This document shows, piece by piece, positions 23,441 to 38,545 of a stretch of DNA of 64,000 nt. Positions within the stretch are counted from its first letter, which is position 1. Each line of letters starts with the position of its first letter. The notes beneath the pieces were generated by a model. The model was not told the DNA's origin and made no database searches. It worked only from the letters and a program-made list of their open reading frames with translations. Origin of the DNA: Flaccisagitta enflata (lineage: Eukaryota); assembly GCA_965153355.1 (NCBI GenBank), contig OZ231126.1, forward strand, positions 46,004,001-46,068,000, given 5' to 3'. Position numbers and translations under genes: made by a program.

Positions 23441-23644
23441 TTTTTAGTCGCGTGCTACGCGACTCTTCACCCTGCTTTGTCGGTCCGTCCGTCGGTCTGT
23501 CGGTCCGTCTGTCTGTCACACTTTACTTTTTTTGTTTTTTTGCAAGCTTTGGCCTCCCCGCTCCTGCCCAACTGATCAAGTGACCTTCAATACGGCCCCT
23601 GCCCACCCACACGCGACTGGGGTAGCCGTGTATCCGGCCTTGTT
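23441..23644 (+). mobile_element. HINE-like element, family A
   Basis: TTTTTAGTCGCGTGCTACGCGACT...(GTCY)n...GCCGTGTATCCGGCCTTGTT. Confidence 0.7.
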
Positions 23645-23971
23645 TTAACCAAAATCTAACTTGAATATCCATCTCTGGAATAGATTTTATTTGATTTGTT
23701 GAAGGAAAGATGGACAAAAAAAAACTTGCCGTCTAAATTGTCTACGCTACCTTGTTGCCAAATCAATCGCTTTTGAGTTTCTCTGCAACGAGTTACTCAA
23801 AGAAAGAAAGAATTGGTGATTGAGTTGAATCACCATGGGCAACCCAACCATTCCCAGAACAACTGCTTCAATCAACACCAATTCTGGGAGAAGAAAATTA
23901 GGAGCGCTCGCAACAAAGAAAAGAATTGGCAGTTACAAGGAAAAATATCTCTTTTTTCTTTTTTCAGTTTT

Positions 23972-24228
23972 TTTTTAGTCGCGTGCTACGCGACTCAACA
24001 CTTCGGTTTGTCGGTCCGTCCGTTGGTCCGTCGGTCTGGTCGGTTCGTCCGTTGGTCCGTCCGTCCGTCCGTCCGTCCGTCCGCCCATCCGCCTGGTTCG
24101 TCACACTTTACTTTTTTTTTGGTTTTGGTGGCTCCATAGCCCTACTGATCCTGCCCAAGTGATCAATGACTCAATACGGCTCCCGCCCAACCGCACGCGA
24201 CTGGGGTAGCCGAGTATCCGGCCTTGTT
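23972..24228 (+). mobile_element. HINE-like element, family A
   Basis: Same termini as other copies; (CCGT)n core. Confidence 0.7.
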
Positions 24229-24249
24229 CTCTTTTATTCCATTGTTGTA

Positions 24250-24418
24250 CAGTTGAACCCCGCGATAACGGATGCTAAGGTACCAACAAATCTTATCAGC
24301 TATGAGCAGATTTCCATTATTGCCAACATAGGAAAAGAAAGGAAATAGTATGAAAATCTCATTTCAATTGAAAGCAGATATCTATTACGCTTGGATTCGG
24401 TATAGCGGGGTGTAACTG
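24250..24418. mobile_element. Pogo/Tigger-like MITE
   Basis: TA|CAGTTGAACCCCGCGATAAC ... GGTATAGCGGGGTGTAACTG|TA; related copy at 46770-46902. Confidence 0.65.
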
Positions 24419-24424
24419 TATACA

Positions 24425-24495
<71 letters not shown>

Positions 24496-27417
24496 TATGT
24501 GCCCAATCATTTGCATCTTCAGATAGGGTATCTCGGTTGGGCTAGTTCTTGCACAAAATGCTAAAAACTTGAGTTTTCTAACAAGAACTATCATCTTCGA
24601 CCTTTATGACAGCCATCCCAGGTGTGAAAAACAATCCAGGAGCAAAAATGTGCAGGCAGGACCCTTTTAAGCAGAACCGCGGAAATAACAAGAAAATTAA
24701 AGGCGTTTTAATCAGTTATTGCTCTTTTCTATCAATAATCAAAGAAAATCAGGTAAATTATTTCCAATTGAGGGCCAAAAGCCTTTGGATAAGCCCTATT
24801 TCCCAATTTCTTAGATCCAGCTATTATATTGACACCCCCCCTTTTGGGCAGCGGCCCCAAAGGTCCGGTAGGACACAGGGAGAATCTGTTTGTCCACTTG
24901 TATGTACGTCTGTGTGTACATCCATCCCCCCTTGCCCCATCCTCAGGGCTTCGTCTCCTTTAGGGTCTATTCTGACCAAAATTCTACTAACTAGCTCAAA
25001 TCGTAGCAATATGGCTCAAATCTATGCAAAATGCGCCCAAATCCAAGCATATTTCAAATTCAAGCAAAATAGCCCAAATCTTGTCAGAAAACCCCAATTC
25101 TGGCCTGGAGTCCATCATTTTAGCCATTTAGACCTATATTAGTGCCTCCAATACCTAGATTTTGACCAGATTTTGGCCATTTGGCTTGAATTTAGCCATT
25201 ATAAGCATTTTGTTAGATTTAGCCATGCGCTAGACATGTGGGCTATTTAGCAGAATTTGGCTGTGAATAGCCCTCTAAAGGAGACGCAGCCCTGAGGATG
25301 GGGCAGGGGGGACAAACAGACGGATGGACAGACAGATGGACAGACAGACTCCCCCTGTGTTCTATAGGACTTTGTCCCCTTTGGGGCCACACCCCTGCTC
25401 CCACTCAACTTAACTCATACACTACTCAGGAAGGGCTGACCACTTATTGCGTTTGGGCTGTTATTAATAGGTGTATTGTTATTAATAGGTGTATACACGT
25501 ATAGCACTACCAAAAGAAGGTTAAATTAGTGACTGTTTACCTTGTTTTTACTATTTATCAACATGCCCATAAGTCAGATGACTCACTCACACATATGGGG
25601 AATTTTCTCCTCCTCCTCCTCCTCCTCCTCCTCCTCCTCCTCCTCCTTCGTACTCCCTCTTCCCAGCCTTGGAGGCACTATCTCAGCCGCCTCAAGGCCC
25701 ATATCTCAGCCTGAAGGCCCATATCCCAGCCTCCTGGAGTCCTGAATCCCCAGTCTGAGGCCCAAATCCCAACCCCAAGGTCCCCTTCGGGGCCGCTGCC
25801 CAAAAATGGGCCAAAAATAACCACGCTGTGTATTCTTGATTAACTTTACTTTTTTTTAACAAATAAGTGCCTAATTATCTTATATCTGGGGCCTGATTTG
25901 GGGTTTAAGAGGACTAATTTGGAGCTTTAGAGGCCTGATTTTGGGTCTAAGAGTCTGGATTTGGGGTCTGGAAGACCTGATAAGAAGTCTTAGAAGCCAA
26001 ATTTTGGGTCTGAGAGGCCAGATTTGGGGTCCTAGTAGCCTGGTTTGAGGTTTTTTGGGGGTGGATATGGAAACATCTGATTGGAAAAATGGAATCAGAG
26101 GTTATGGGCCCCTCCATTGCCGCTGCTCAAAAGAATTTTGGTCATTTTCGGCCACTTATGGTGTTTTGCAACCATTGAATGGGCCCATCAGGCGTCCTCA
26201 TCCTTAATTTTTATCCTCATTTTGTTCAGCTGCACTTGATCAGTGTGACTGAATAGATCACTGGGCATTTATTTGTCAAAGAGGCCCAAATTAATCAAAA
26301 TACTTAGATTTTGATCATTTTTGCCCATCTTTAGCCTTTTAGGACCCCTCAGATGGGTCCCGTAGGTATCCTAACTCTTTCTTTTGTTTCCTTACACTAG
26401 ATGAGAGCATCTTGACACAAAATTTGCCTCCTCAATGACATATATGAGAAGTAGATATGAGAAGAAACATCATTACATCAACATAAAACCTAAGTTTTTG
26501 GCCATTTTTTACTATTTTGGCCATTAAGGGGCCTTTTTCAGACCTATCGATGACCCTATAGAGGTCCATTCCTGCAACTTCTTGTAATTTCATATTCTTT
26601 GTCACAGTTTGCTAAAGTGAGACAGCATAAGCACAAAGCAGCAGCCTCAGGCTGCAGCTGCGGCGCAGCGCATGAACAGCAGCCAAGATACAAGGAGCAA
26701 AAGGTGGAAAAGTCATAAACGCCTAGATACACATGTCAAAAAAACTGCTCCTGCCTGCACATTTTTCATAAAACATCATCAATATGGGTATTGTTGGATA
26801 GAGAAAGGATCGATGGTCCTTTCCATTCTTAGTAAACCCTGGGTCTAATCAGTTTGTTCCATCTAGGATCCTCTACTTCCGAGGCAAGGCAGGGTTCACG
26901 GCAGTCCTGATTTTAGTGATTTTTTAAGTGACAATTTGACAGAGCCTGACAGGTAAACCACGAGCCCGGTAAAAACCGTTTTGCCAAATTCTTAGATCAT
27001 ATTTGCCAAATTCTTAGATCATATCAGCCTAGATTTGTAATGATATAATGATATAATGATATAACTATCTCTTAAGAGATGGTTCGATAGGCGAAACCAT
27101 CGAAGAGCTAAAAAATTGATGATCTTATAAATATTTTACTCAACCAGCTTGAGCGCTCTAATTCTATATCAACAAGGCCAACACCTATAAGTCCCGTGCG
27201 AGACTTACAGAATGACTTAGTATACCTTAAAATGACTTAAAGAAATAAAATTGATAAAAAAGTAAAATGGGGACCGACCGACTGACCGACCGACCGACCC
27301 ACCGACCCACCAACCAACCAACCACCTAATGACCGACTCCGACTAACCGACCGACCGACCAACTGACTGACAGCAGACAAAGCGGGTGGCAGAGCTGCGA
27401 GGGAAAAAACTAAAAAA

Positions 27418-27491
<74 letters not shown>

Positions 27492-28049
27492 ATGCCGGGC
27501 TAAGAGTTCTCAAAACATGAGAGCCCGAGAGCAAAACAGAGAGCATCGGGCTCACGGGCTCGCTCTAAAATCAGGTCTGGACTTCACGGCTGTCTCCAGC
27601 ACGCGAGATGGAAGTGTAGTCCAACAAATCTGTCGATTTTCGACGAATTGGTTTTGGGGAAATGAAACATAAATCGCCCACAAACGTTAGAAAAGACCAA
27701 GTCGGGCCCACTTGTCCAATACTGATGGCGATGGATTGGCTGATAGACCACCCGATGGCGAGGATTATTGCTCCAAAGTTGTCCGTACGTTACAAGTGAA
27801 GCAGAATGTTATTCGAAAGAAATACGCAGTTTATTTCAACCACATCTTGTGCATCAAACTTATCAAACATAAAGACTTATAACAAACATGAAAAAAAGAT
27901 GAGTAAAAGACACTTCAAACGATGATACTGTACTTTGGCTCAAGGGACCTCCATAACGTCGATGATCTTATGTCAAAATATTGTGTCGGAGTGACCGACA
28001 GATCGACGGACGGACAAAGTAACTTGTAGAGTCGCTTAGCTGGCGATAT

Positions 28050-28659
28050 TGAAAGGATGCTATCTTCAGGGTCCAGGGGTAGAATGCTCAAAGATAGGGG
28101 TGCCTGCCATAAACTTCTAGAGAAAATGCCTTAGAGCCCGCGGGGAAAGTGTACTGAGAAAGAAACCCAAACTAGGCAAATGATACATGATATAGCCCTA
28201 ATCAAGACCCCAAGGCCTTAATGAATATGCCAGTCCCCACAGGGCGGGACGGTGGCACGCTTGTCACTCAAATAGCCTAACCTAAAGGGGGGGATCCTAA
28301 GGATGAGGTCAGTCCTAAGGGGAGATAGGTGATATCCAAATGGACATCTTGCTCAGGGAGAATGAGACGCCAGGGGAAGGGGAGTGGCCTCTCCCAGACT
28401 GCAGTCACACCTCCCTTAAGTAGGCCAAAGTGGGGAAGATGAAGCCACGGAAGAGGAGGCCTGTGGCCAACAGCCAGAGAGAAGGAAGAAAGCAGGGCAA
28501 AGTCAGAAAAGGAAAGGACCCAACCCAGATATCAGAGAGGGTAAGAAGGGGAAACGCGCGGCACTACAGTTGCTCCCCCTCACGCCAAGACGATGTCCTC
28601 AGCGTCAAACTGAGTAACTGAGTAGCTAATCCTAAGACGAAGAGACCCCCATCCTATCA
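28050..28659. mobile_element. Possible solo LTR
   Basis: 610-bp purine/GC-rich block bounded by TGAAAGGATG...CATCCTATCA (TG..CA, 9/10 inverted). No clear TSD. Confidence 0.35.
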
Positions 28660-30144
28660 TCATAATAAGAAAATGACACTAGCACATGTGTGCTAAAGAG
28701 TGTGTGACACGCCATGAATTAATGCTACAAATCAGCCAACGTGAATATTGATTATCATGATCAACTATACAATGTCCCAAAATAATGTCATTGGTAATTA
28801 TGGACGGAAAGTAAATGAAAAAGCAATACCGCATTACAGTAAAACAATTTGGGTACGCTTATTAACATACAAACGGCGAAATATCATACATGACCCAATC
28901 GAGAATACAATTACAATCAGAAACGGTGAGAAGAGATCGCGATAGTTGTCCAGCATATTCAATTTCATTAATGAGAGCCATTTCCAGATCGATCCTGATG
29001 CATCATTTCCACGCCGTGTTGTTGCGTTTCAACAGCCATGAATATCTTGATCATTTCTTTGAAGGCATGTTTGTACATGTACCGATGTACATGCTGACTC
29101 AGCATGTCGCTGACTTGGACAGTGCATGACCAGATCAGGAATGGAACAAAGCATGAACGGGCCAATGAATGAACACCGATCAGGCGTGTGAACAGACAAG
29201 AGAACCAATCATGAACAAACGAGCAAACAAGCAAACAAACGAATGTAGACATGCAACGAACATCAAATGAGCGAGCCAAAAAAAACTAACAAACGTGAAC
29301 ACATGGAGAAACAAGCACAGAGCAAGTGGGTAAACGAGCGAGAGAGCAAACCTGGTCATGTCCTGCCCAACACGTAGTCAAGCCCGATCCTGAAAATTCA
29401 AGGATGAGGGCGCGCTCCTGAGGCTGTGCCGCACAGCCGTCCTTTGATTGATTCCTCCGAGCGCTAATCTGTTGCAATCGCCGATGAGGCTGAAGCATCC
29501 ATCTCGAAACGCCGTGCCGTGACCTGCTGTGAGGGAGTAAGTGAGGGAATATGCGAGCGAGTGAATGAGCAAATGATTAAATGAACGAGCACGCAACAGG
29601 CATTCACGCGATCGAGTGAACAAGCTTATTAGGTCATGACACGGCCCAATCGCGCGCGGCGGCGGCCAACAAAGCTTGCCCACGTAGGCAACTTAAACGT
29701 GACCAGGGCACATGGTGACCATGTAAGAAACAAGAAAAAACAAAGCTAAACAAAACTAAAAAACATAGCAAGAAAACAAGCAAAAAAAAACAGAAATGAA
29801 TAAAAGGGAACAAAACCAACGGAATAAAAAAAACAAAAACAAAAAAAACAAACAAACAAAAAACGGCCATGCAAAAAAAAAAAAAACAAGACAAACGCAA
29901 CAAAATAAAGGGCACAAGAGACAACAAGAAAACAAAACTATAATAACAAAAAACAACAAATAACAATACACTTGAGACAAAACAAACATCCAAAACGGAA
30001 TACAAAAAAAAAAAAAAAAAACAAGCACAACAACCAACAGAAAACAAGATACCAATAATAATTATAATAGTAATAACAACAGTAATAATAACAGTAATCA
30101 TAATAGTAATTATGATAGTAATAATAATAGTAATAATAGTAATG

Positions 30145-30179
<35 letters not shown>

Positions 30180-33100
30180 CCACAAGGGCCGGGGATGGTT
30201 AAGTCATGGTGCACAGGAACAGGAAATTTTGGTTTCATTTTACTTTTTGCTTATGATAAAGATTTATGATAAAAAATATTATTGAGATTTCAATTAAGTA
30301 TTTCTGATATAATGTATAGGAGGTTTTAACAACATTTTAAAAACCAGAATACTGACTATGGTTTCAGAAAAATCAGAAATAATAATTGAATGTTTGAATT
30401 CCCTAGAAAAATTGTGAACAAAATCTCAAAACGTTATTAGGTGAAATTATATCACAGCCTCAGTAAGGAAAATTTTGCATTTTTAATAACATGGCCCTTT
30501 TCTTATATGTTTTTGAAAAGAGGCCATGTGTTTGGAAATGCAAATTTCTTTAATTCTATGCAATGATATAATTTCACCCATCAATAGTGAAATGACAAAG
30601 TGTAATTTTCTATAAAAAATCTTCTTTTTTTAACCTTCTTTCATTATATTATGTATATTAAATCTGTTTTTCAGAGATTATCTATGCAAAAATTCATTGT
30701 TCAACTGTTAAGAAATGTTTTTTTCAGAAAAAAAATCATGGAAAAATAATATACAAAATATCTAAAAAATTGTAATGACGCATGAAATTTCTTCTCTGTA
30801 CACATGTCTTAAAGAGGTCAAATGCTGTAGGTTAGGCTCAGAGCAGCGATCACGATCGTGCCTTCTGCTTGGAGGGCGGTCCTTAGAAAGAAACCAAACC
30901 AGTGACCTAGGCATCTTAACATCAGCGACTTGTACAGACAGTGGAGCCCGTGTACAGTGTACACCTACGGACGGACAAACTCAACTTAAGCAAACAAAAC
31001 ATGTTGAGCATCCCGGTCCAAACAGCATGGCAGGAACACTCGTCTGTTATTAAAGGCGGCTATGGCCATCGACTTCAAAACTGCGTCCGCTGTGCGTCCT
31101 AAATTTCGACTGGCGCCGGGTCGCGATGCAGCATCTCCACCTCCTGCGTCTTCTCCACTGCCCAGAAAAAGTCGGTCAGCAGATCCTGTCGCAAAGACGC
31201 TCCAAGCCTGGGAATAAGAAAAATGGATGAGCCTTGGAAAAATCAGACAGCAATAAACGCTGATTGGTGCACGCAGTTGCTGTTCAATTTAACTACCAAT
31301 TTGCAACATGGCGTGGAGAGCGCTCGTTCGCTGAGGATCGTATTCCACCCTCACATCCTCATCCCATCGATGGACAGACGGGCAGTGTCAGGGGCGCTAC
31401 CCAGGGCGTGGGATGCTTATCCGCCATGAGGCCTGGCTAAAACGCCCGCGTGTCATGGTTTGGGAAGGGTTGAGGTTGAGTTTTTGTGGTAAATTTGAAT
31501 CTGTGTGCGATAAGAACTTTACTAATCAATCTATTCCATTCTTTCTCTTTCCTTTTCTTCCCTTCGAGGAGGATTCACTCTCAGCAAGCCTTGCCACATT
31601 CCACCTCTCTAGCTCGGTACGGTCGCCGTTGGCGACATCGTTCATCTTCGCCCGCAGGTTGGCAGATGTTGGAGCCGGAATGACCCGCTCGTCTCTGTAA
31701 TGGAGAAGGCGCAGGTGATGTGGTCGTTCCGCAGTGCTTACTAATTTTTCTTTTATTTAACAGATTCGTTTTTTTTTTATTATATAGTTAGTGATTTATT
31801 TAATTTTGTCTTGTTTTGTTTGGTTCTTTGGAACATGTACATTTTGTTGTGTTTGTTTTTAGACATGGTCTTTTTAGTCATTATTACGAATACTTTCGTA
31901 TGACATGTTTTGGTAGTATACTAACATTATTTCCCTCTCCAAGTCAAATCCAGGCCCAGGTGCTCAGGCTCATTCCCTTCCCCCCCTTCCCCTTCTTTCG
32001 CCAGAAGCGAGCGCCTCAACCTCCTGATCGCCGCCTCACGTCTCCATCCGCGTCATCATTGATCGTTGAAATTTTGCTGGTGGTGGATCCTTTCGGACAG
32101 GAATCATCATTCGATGCAGTCGTCGATCTGTTGATAGTTAGGGTGCAAGGATGTGAGGCGGTGGACGGGAGGGCAGGGGGCTGTATCTATGTAAATTTTT
32201 TTTAAGGGGAAGGTAGTATCGGTTTTTTAGTAGGGTTTCCCGACTGGAAACTAGATGTCGGATTTTTGAGAGGTGTGAAATTCCAAAATGAGATGAGATA
32301 GTTAGAAATGTATGTCTGTCCGTTTCTTAGGTATGTGTGCTTTTGTCTCTTTTGCGTGCTTTTGGCTTTCCTCTTTCTCCAGTTATTCAATGCCCGCGTC
32401 TTTTGTTTCGCCATTTTTATATTGAACTAGATGAGTAACCATATGGTTGCGCCTTGTATTTTGTGCCATTTGTTTTTATTACGTGGCGAACATCGTAACT
32501 CGTCTTCATGTATCATTCAATTTTTGGATTGATTGATTTTATTTATTCTGACATTGCTTCTTAAAGTGATTGATTGATTTTAAGTGATCATTTGAATGCT
32601 CACTTAAATTCACTAATTTCAATAATCTCTCATCTTTTTTATTGCAGATAAACCCATGAACGGACAATTGCGTTAATTTGACCCGACAGACTGTGGGTTG
32701 AAACCAACAGAGAAGTGGGCTAAAAGTAAGTTTATAGATGCGTCCTTGCTTTTATTAACATTGTTTTTATCTTGTTCCAGTCTGTTATTTTGTTTTGCTC
32801 TTTTGCATTTTATACGCGGATTTTAGTATGGTTTATCGCTTGCCCGACCAGCTTGCTATAGGGATGATATGGATGAATTTAATGGGATGGGCCGGGGCAG
32901 GGGCAGGTATTATCAGGTGGCATGGGCTCTGAAGAAGATGAACATGTTGTCATGTGCTGTTTCTGTCCTTTATTGTGTCCTATCTCGATTTCATGTTATC
33001 TTTTGCGTTTGCTGATCACAATTAACGCCCACTTTCCCTTTCATTTTTCCCCCTCTCTTCAGTTGTTGAAATTTTTATGGAATAAACGAGACGATCGCCT

Positions 33101-33194
33101 TCCTATTTTCCAATCGGCCAACTTTCTTTCACCACAAGTCGTCAGTCAGATAGACGCTCATAGGCAGTGCCAGTTGAAACTCGTGGGCGTAAAT

Positions 33195-36100
33195 ATAAAT
33201 TGAGTCACCCAACAAATCATCTCAGCACTTAGATGCATGCTACTAAAGGAGAAACAAGTGACAAGAGGGGCTAGTGGGGTTGACTTGCATGTTAAGCCTG
33301 TTTTGGTCTTTCCCCAGATCAACACCTCAATTTGACTGAAGACCCCTTATAATCTACTTATATATACATATAGGGCTTCTTAGGAGTAAATCAGAGATCA
33401 TCTTGGGGTGACAAGTGAAATAGCTTTAACACATGTTTCAACCCCGCTAGCCCCTCTTGTTGCTGTTCTTCACTTTATCAGAACACACCCATGATTTGGC
33501 AACATTTTTGAGGTGGCTCGGTTGCTGTATTGGATAGTGATCTCCTCATGGAACTGACTCTGAAGTGCACTGGGGTTAAGGGTCTTGGTGTTAAGGGTGG
33601 AGGATGTGAGCCTGGGTATGAGGGTCTTAGTTTGATACCATTTTCTTTTTGGCTCAACCATCACAATTCACACTAATTCCAATAACAAGGGCAGAAGAGT
33701 TAGTTCAAGCTTGCCCATCTCATTGGTCTGTCTCCATCTTTTTTTCATTCTCTCTCTGTCTCCCACTTTATCAGAACACACCCATGATTTGGCAACATTT
33801 TTGAGGTGGCTCGGTTGCTGTATTGGATAGTGATCTCCTCATGGAACTGACTCTGAAGTGCACTGGGGTTAAGGGTCTTGGTGTTAAGGGTGGAGGATGT
33901 GAGCCTGGGTATGAGGGTCTTAGTTTGATACCATTTTCTTTTTGGCTCAACCATCACAATTCACACTAATTCCAATAACAAGGGCAGAAGAGTTATTTCA
34001 AGCTTGCCCATCTCATTGGTCTGTCTCCATCTTTTTTTCATTTCCTGTCTGTCTCCCACTTTTTCCTCTTTTTTTGTTTGTCTCCATCTCAATTCTCATT
34101 TTCTATCTGTCTCAATCTCTATCTTTATTTTCTATCTGGAGACAGACAAAAAATTAGGATTAAGATGGAGACAGACAGAAAACTAAGATAGTGATGGAGA
34201 GAGACAGATGATAAGGATAAAGATGGAGACAGACAGAAAATGAGGATAGAGATAGAGACAGACAAAAAATGAGGATAGAGATAGAGACAGACAAAAAATG
34301 ATATGATGATTGAGTGATTTAGTGATGGTACAGATTCTAAGGTGCACTGGGGTTGAGGATTTTAGAGGCTTAGGGTCAAGTCACTGGATATCAAGGCTCT
34401 TTGCCTCAAAGAGACACTCTGAAAACCTAACACATTTCACTTACCAAAGCCCAGCCATTCAAGACATTGCAAGATGAGCCCAGCATTTGACATGACTGTT
34501 GACCCACTCCACCAATTGAGCCACCCAACAAATTTTCTCAGCACTTAGGTGCATTCTACTAAAGGAGAAACAAGTGACAAGAGGGGCTAGCGGGGTTGAC
34601 TTGCATGTTAAGCCTGTTTTGGTCTTTCCCCAGATCAACACCTCAATTTGACTGTAGACCCCTTATAATCTACTTATATATACATATAGGGCTTCTTAGG
34701 AGTAAATCAGAGATCATCTTGGGGTGACAAGTGAAATAGCTTTAACACATGTTTCAACCCCGCTAGCCCCTCTTGTTGCTGTTCTTCACTTTATCAGAAC
34801 ACACCCATATTCTGGCAACATTTTTGAGGTGGCTCGGTTGCTGTATTGGATGGTGATCTCCTCATGGGACTGACTTTGAAGTGCACTGGGGTTAAGGGTC
34901 TTGGTGTTAAGGGTGGAGGATGTGAACCTGGGTATGAGGGTCTTGGTTTGATACTATTTTCTTTTTGGCTCAACCATCACAATTCACACTAATTCCAATA
35001 TCAAGGGCAGAAGAGTTAGTTCAAGCTTGCCCATCTCATTGGTCTGTCTCCATCTTTTTTTCATTTTCTGTCTGTCTCCCACTTTTTCCTCTTTTTTTGT
35101 TTGTCTCCATCTCAATCCTCATTTTCTATCTGTCTCCATCTCTATCTTTATTTTCTATCTGTCTCCATCTCTATATGGAGACAGACAAAAAATGAGGATT
35201 AAGATGGAGACAGACAGAAAACTAAGATAGAGATGAAGAGAGACAGATGATAAGGATAAAGATGGAGACAGACAGAAAATGAGGATAGAGATAGAGACAG
35301 ACAAAAAATGAAGATAGAGATAGAGACAGACAAAAAACGATATAATGATTAAGTGATTTAGTGATGGTACAGATTCTAAGGTGCACTGGGGTTGAGGATT
35401 TTAGAGGCTTAGGGTCAAGTCACTGGATATCAAGGCTCTTTGCCTCAAAGAGACACTCTGAAAACCTAACACATTTCACCCACCAAAGCCCAGCCATTCA
35501 AGACATCGCAAGATGAGCCCAGCATTTGACATGACTGTTGACCCACTCCACCAATTGAGTCACCCAACAAATTATCTCAGCACTTAGGTGCATTCTACTA
35601 AAGGAGAAACAAGTGACAAGAGGGGCTAGCGGGGTTGACTTGCATGTTAAGCCTGTTTTGGTCTTTCCCCAGATCAACACCTCAATTTGACTGTAGACCC
35701 CTTATAATCTACTTATATATACATATAGGGCTTCTTAGGAGTAAATCAGAGATCATCTTGGGGTGACAAGTGAAATAGCTTTAACACATGTTTCAACCCC
35801 GCTAGCCCCTCTTGTTGCTGTTCTTCACTTTATCAGAACACACCCATGTTCTAGCAACATTTTTAAGGTGGCTCAGTTGCTGTATTGGATGGTGATCTCC
35901 TCCTCGGACTGACTTTGAAGTACACTGGGGTCTTTTTGTGGGTGAAGGATGTGAACCTGGGTATGAAGGTCTTGGTTTGATACCATTTTCTTTTTGGCTC
36001 AACCATCCCAATTCACACTAATTCCAATATCAAGGGCAGAAGAGTTAGTTCAAGCTTGCCAATCTTGTTAGGTCTGTCTCCCTCTTTTTTCATTTTTCTG

Positions 36101-38545
36101 TCTGTCTCCCACTTTTTCCTCTTTTTTTTGTTTGTCTCCATCTCAATCCTCATTTTCTATCTGTCTCCATCTCTATCTTTATTTTCTACTCTGTCTCCAT
36201 CTCTATATGGAGACAGACAAAAAATGAGGATTAAGATGGAGACAGACAAAAAACTAAGATAGAGATGAAGAGAGACAGATGATAATGAAAAAGATGGAGA
36301 CAGACAGAAAATGAGGATAGAGATAGAGACAGACAAAAAATGAGGATAGAGATAGAGACAGACAAAAAACGATATGATGATTAAGTTGATGATTGCAGAT
36401 CTAGTTGCCACAGGGTTAAGTTTTAGAGGCTTAGGCTCAAGTCATTGGATATCAAAGCTCTTTGCCTCAAAGAGACACTCTGAAAACCTTACACATTTCA
36501 CCCACCAAAGCCCAGCTATTCAAGACATCGAAGATGAGCCCAGCATTTGACAGCTGTTGACTACTCCTGGTGAGTCACCCAGCAAATTATCTCAGCATGA
36601 GTTGCACATTCTACTAAAGAAAGCAAGTGACAGAGGAACTGTAGGGATTCTATACATGAATGATGCAAGGTTATTTCTCATTGAACAGCAGACCCTTATA
36701 ATCTACTTATATATACATATGGGCTTCTTGGGGATAAGTCAGAGGATATTGCAGGAGTGTTAATCTGTTCTTTTATATGTTTTTCTGCTACTTCTGTTTT
36801 ATGTGGCAACAAACAAAAACTTATAGATTACACCATGTTAAACATTTTGGTCACTCAGTTATATGATGGATATGTTGATCTCCTCATCGGGACTGGCTTT
36901 GTAGTACACTGGTCTTTTTGTGAGTGGAGGATCACTGAAGACCTTATAGGTATAGGAGTCTTGGTTGATCTGTACTGAAAGATAAACTCATTCTTGTGAA
37001 TTCACATAATTTACCCAATATCAAGGGCAGAAGAGTTAGTTTAAGCTTGCCCATCTTAATGGTCTGTCTCCAAGCTTGCCCATCTCATTGGTCTGTCTCC
37101 ATCTTTTTTCATTTTCTGTCTGTCTCCCATTTTCTCCTCTTTTTTTGTCTGTCTCCATCTCAATCCTCATTATCTATCTGTCTCCATCTCTATATGGAGA
37201 CAGTCAAAAAATGAGGATTAAGATGGAGACAGACGAAAAAAATAGATAGGTGAAGCTGTTCTTCACTTTACAGAACACCATGTTACGGCAGCGTTTTTTG
37301 AGTTGGCTCAGTTGCTGTCTTGGGTCAAAAGTCATGTTAGATGCTGGGCTCATCTTGCGATGTCTTTAACGGCTGGGCGTTGGAGGGTGAAATAAGCTGG
37401 GTTTTCAGAGTGTCTCAGATGACTCAACCCTAAGCCTCCAAGACCCTCAATCCCAGTGCCTCTTAGAACCTGTGCCATCACCTTATGTTTTTTAACAGTC
37501 TCTGTACTAACTATGGCATATAGCCTTATTTTCTGTCTGTGCCTATCTCTATTCTCATTTTCTGTCTGTCTCCATCTTTATCCTTATTATCTGTCTGTCT
37601 CCATCTCTATTTTCATTTTTGGTCTGTCTCCATCATGATCTTTATTTTCTGTCTGTCTCCATCTTAATCTTCATTTTTTGTCTGTCTCCATTTAGAGATG
37701 GAGACAGACAGAAAATAAAGATAGAGATGGAGACAGACAGAAAATGAGGATAGAGCTGGAAGCAAAAATTAAGGAAAAAGTGGGAGACGGACAGAAAATA
37801 AGAAAAAGATGGCGAAAGACCAATAATGGGGATAAAAAGGAGACAGGCAAGCTGGACCTAACTCCTCTGCCTTAGATATTAAAATAATGTGTATTTTGAA
37901 AGTTGAGCCAAAAAAAAAATGTTATAAGGGTCCCATCCTCCACCTTTAACCCCAAGACCCTAAACCCCATTACCTCTAGCCACTCTGCCAATTATAGGCC
38001 CAATCAAAGTTGATGGAGTGTGCAATGTGCCTCATTTTCTGTCTGTCTCCATCTTTTTCCTCATTATCTGTCTGTCTCCATCTCTATCTTTGTTGTCTGT
38101 CTGCTTCTATCTTAATCCTCATTTTTTGTCTGTCTCCATAAAGAGATGGATACAGACAGAAAATAAAGATAGAGATGGAGACACGGAGAAAATGAGGATG
38201 GAGATGGAGACAAAAAAGAAATGAGAAATAAGTGGGAGACAGATAGAAAGTAAGGAAAAGATGGAGACAGACTGATAATGGGGATAAAAGGGAGACAAAC
38301 AAGCTGGTACTAACTACTAACTCCTCTACCTTTGGCCTTTGATATTGGAATAAGTGTGAATTTTGCATGTTGAGCCAAAAAGAAAATGTTATCAAACCAA
38401 GACCCTCTATCTTTAACCCCAGAACCTTAACCCCATACCCCTGTGCACTTTAAAGTCAGTCCCCTGAGGAGATTGTCATCTAAGACAGCAACTGAGCCAC
38501 CTCAAAAATGTTGCCCCAACAGTCTTAACCCCAGTGCACTAGACT
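33195..38545. repeat. ~1039-bp tandem repeat array with degenerate and inverted copies at the right end
   Basis: Near-identical ORFs recur at 34459 and 35498. Unit starts at ~33198, 34513, 35552 and 36570. The first unit has a 275-bp internal duplication (33470/33745). Internal TCTGTCTCCATC / GATGGAGACAGA subrepeats. Confidence 0.9.

Noticed and set aside
27068-27110. Hammerhead-ribozyme-like CTTAAGA-stem-GAAG
   Set aside because: The core deviates from CUGANGA/GAAA and stems I and III were not found.
29350-32200. GC-rich patches with short ORFs, possibly exons
   Set aside because: I could not assemble a consistent spliced frame or recognise a domain; probably decayed repeats.
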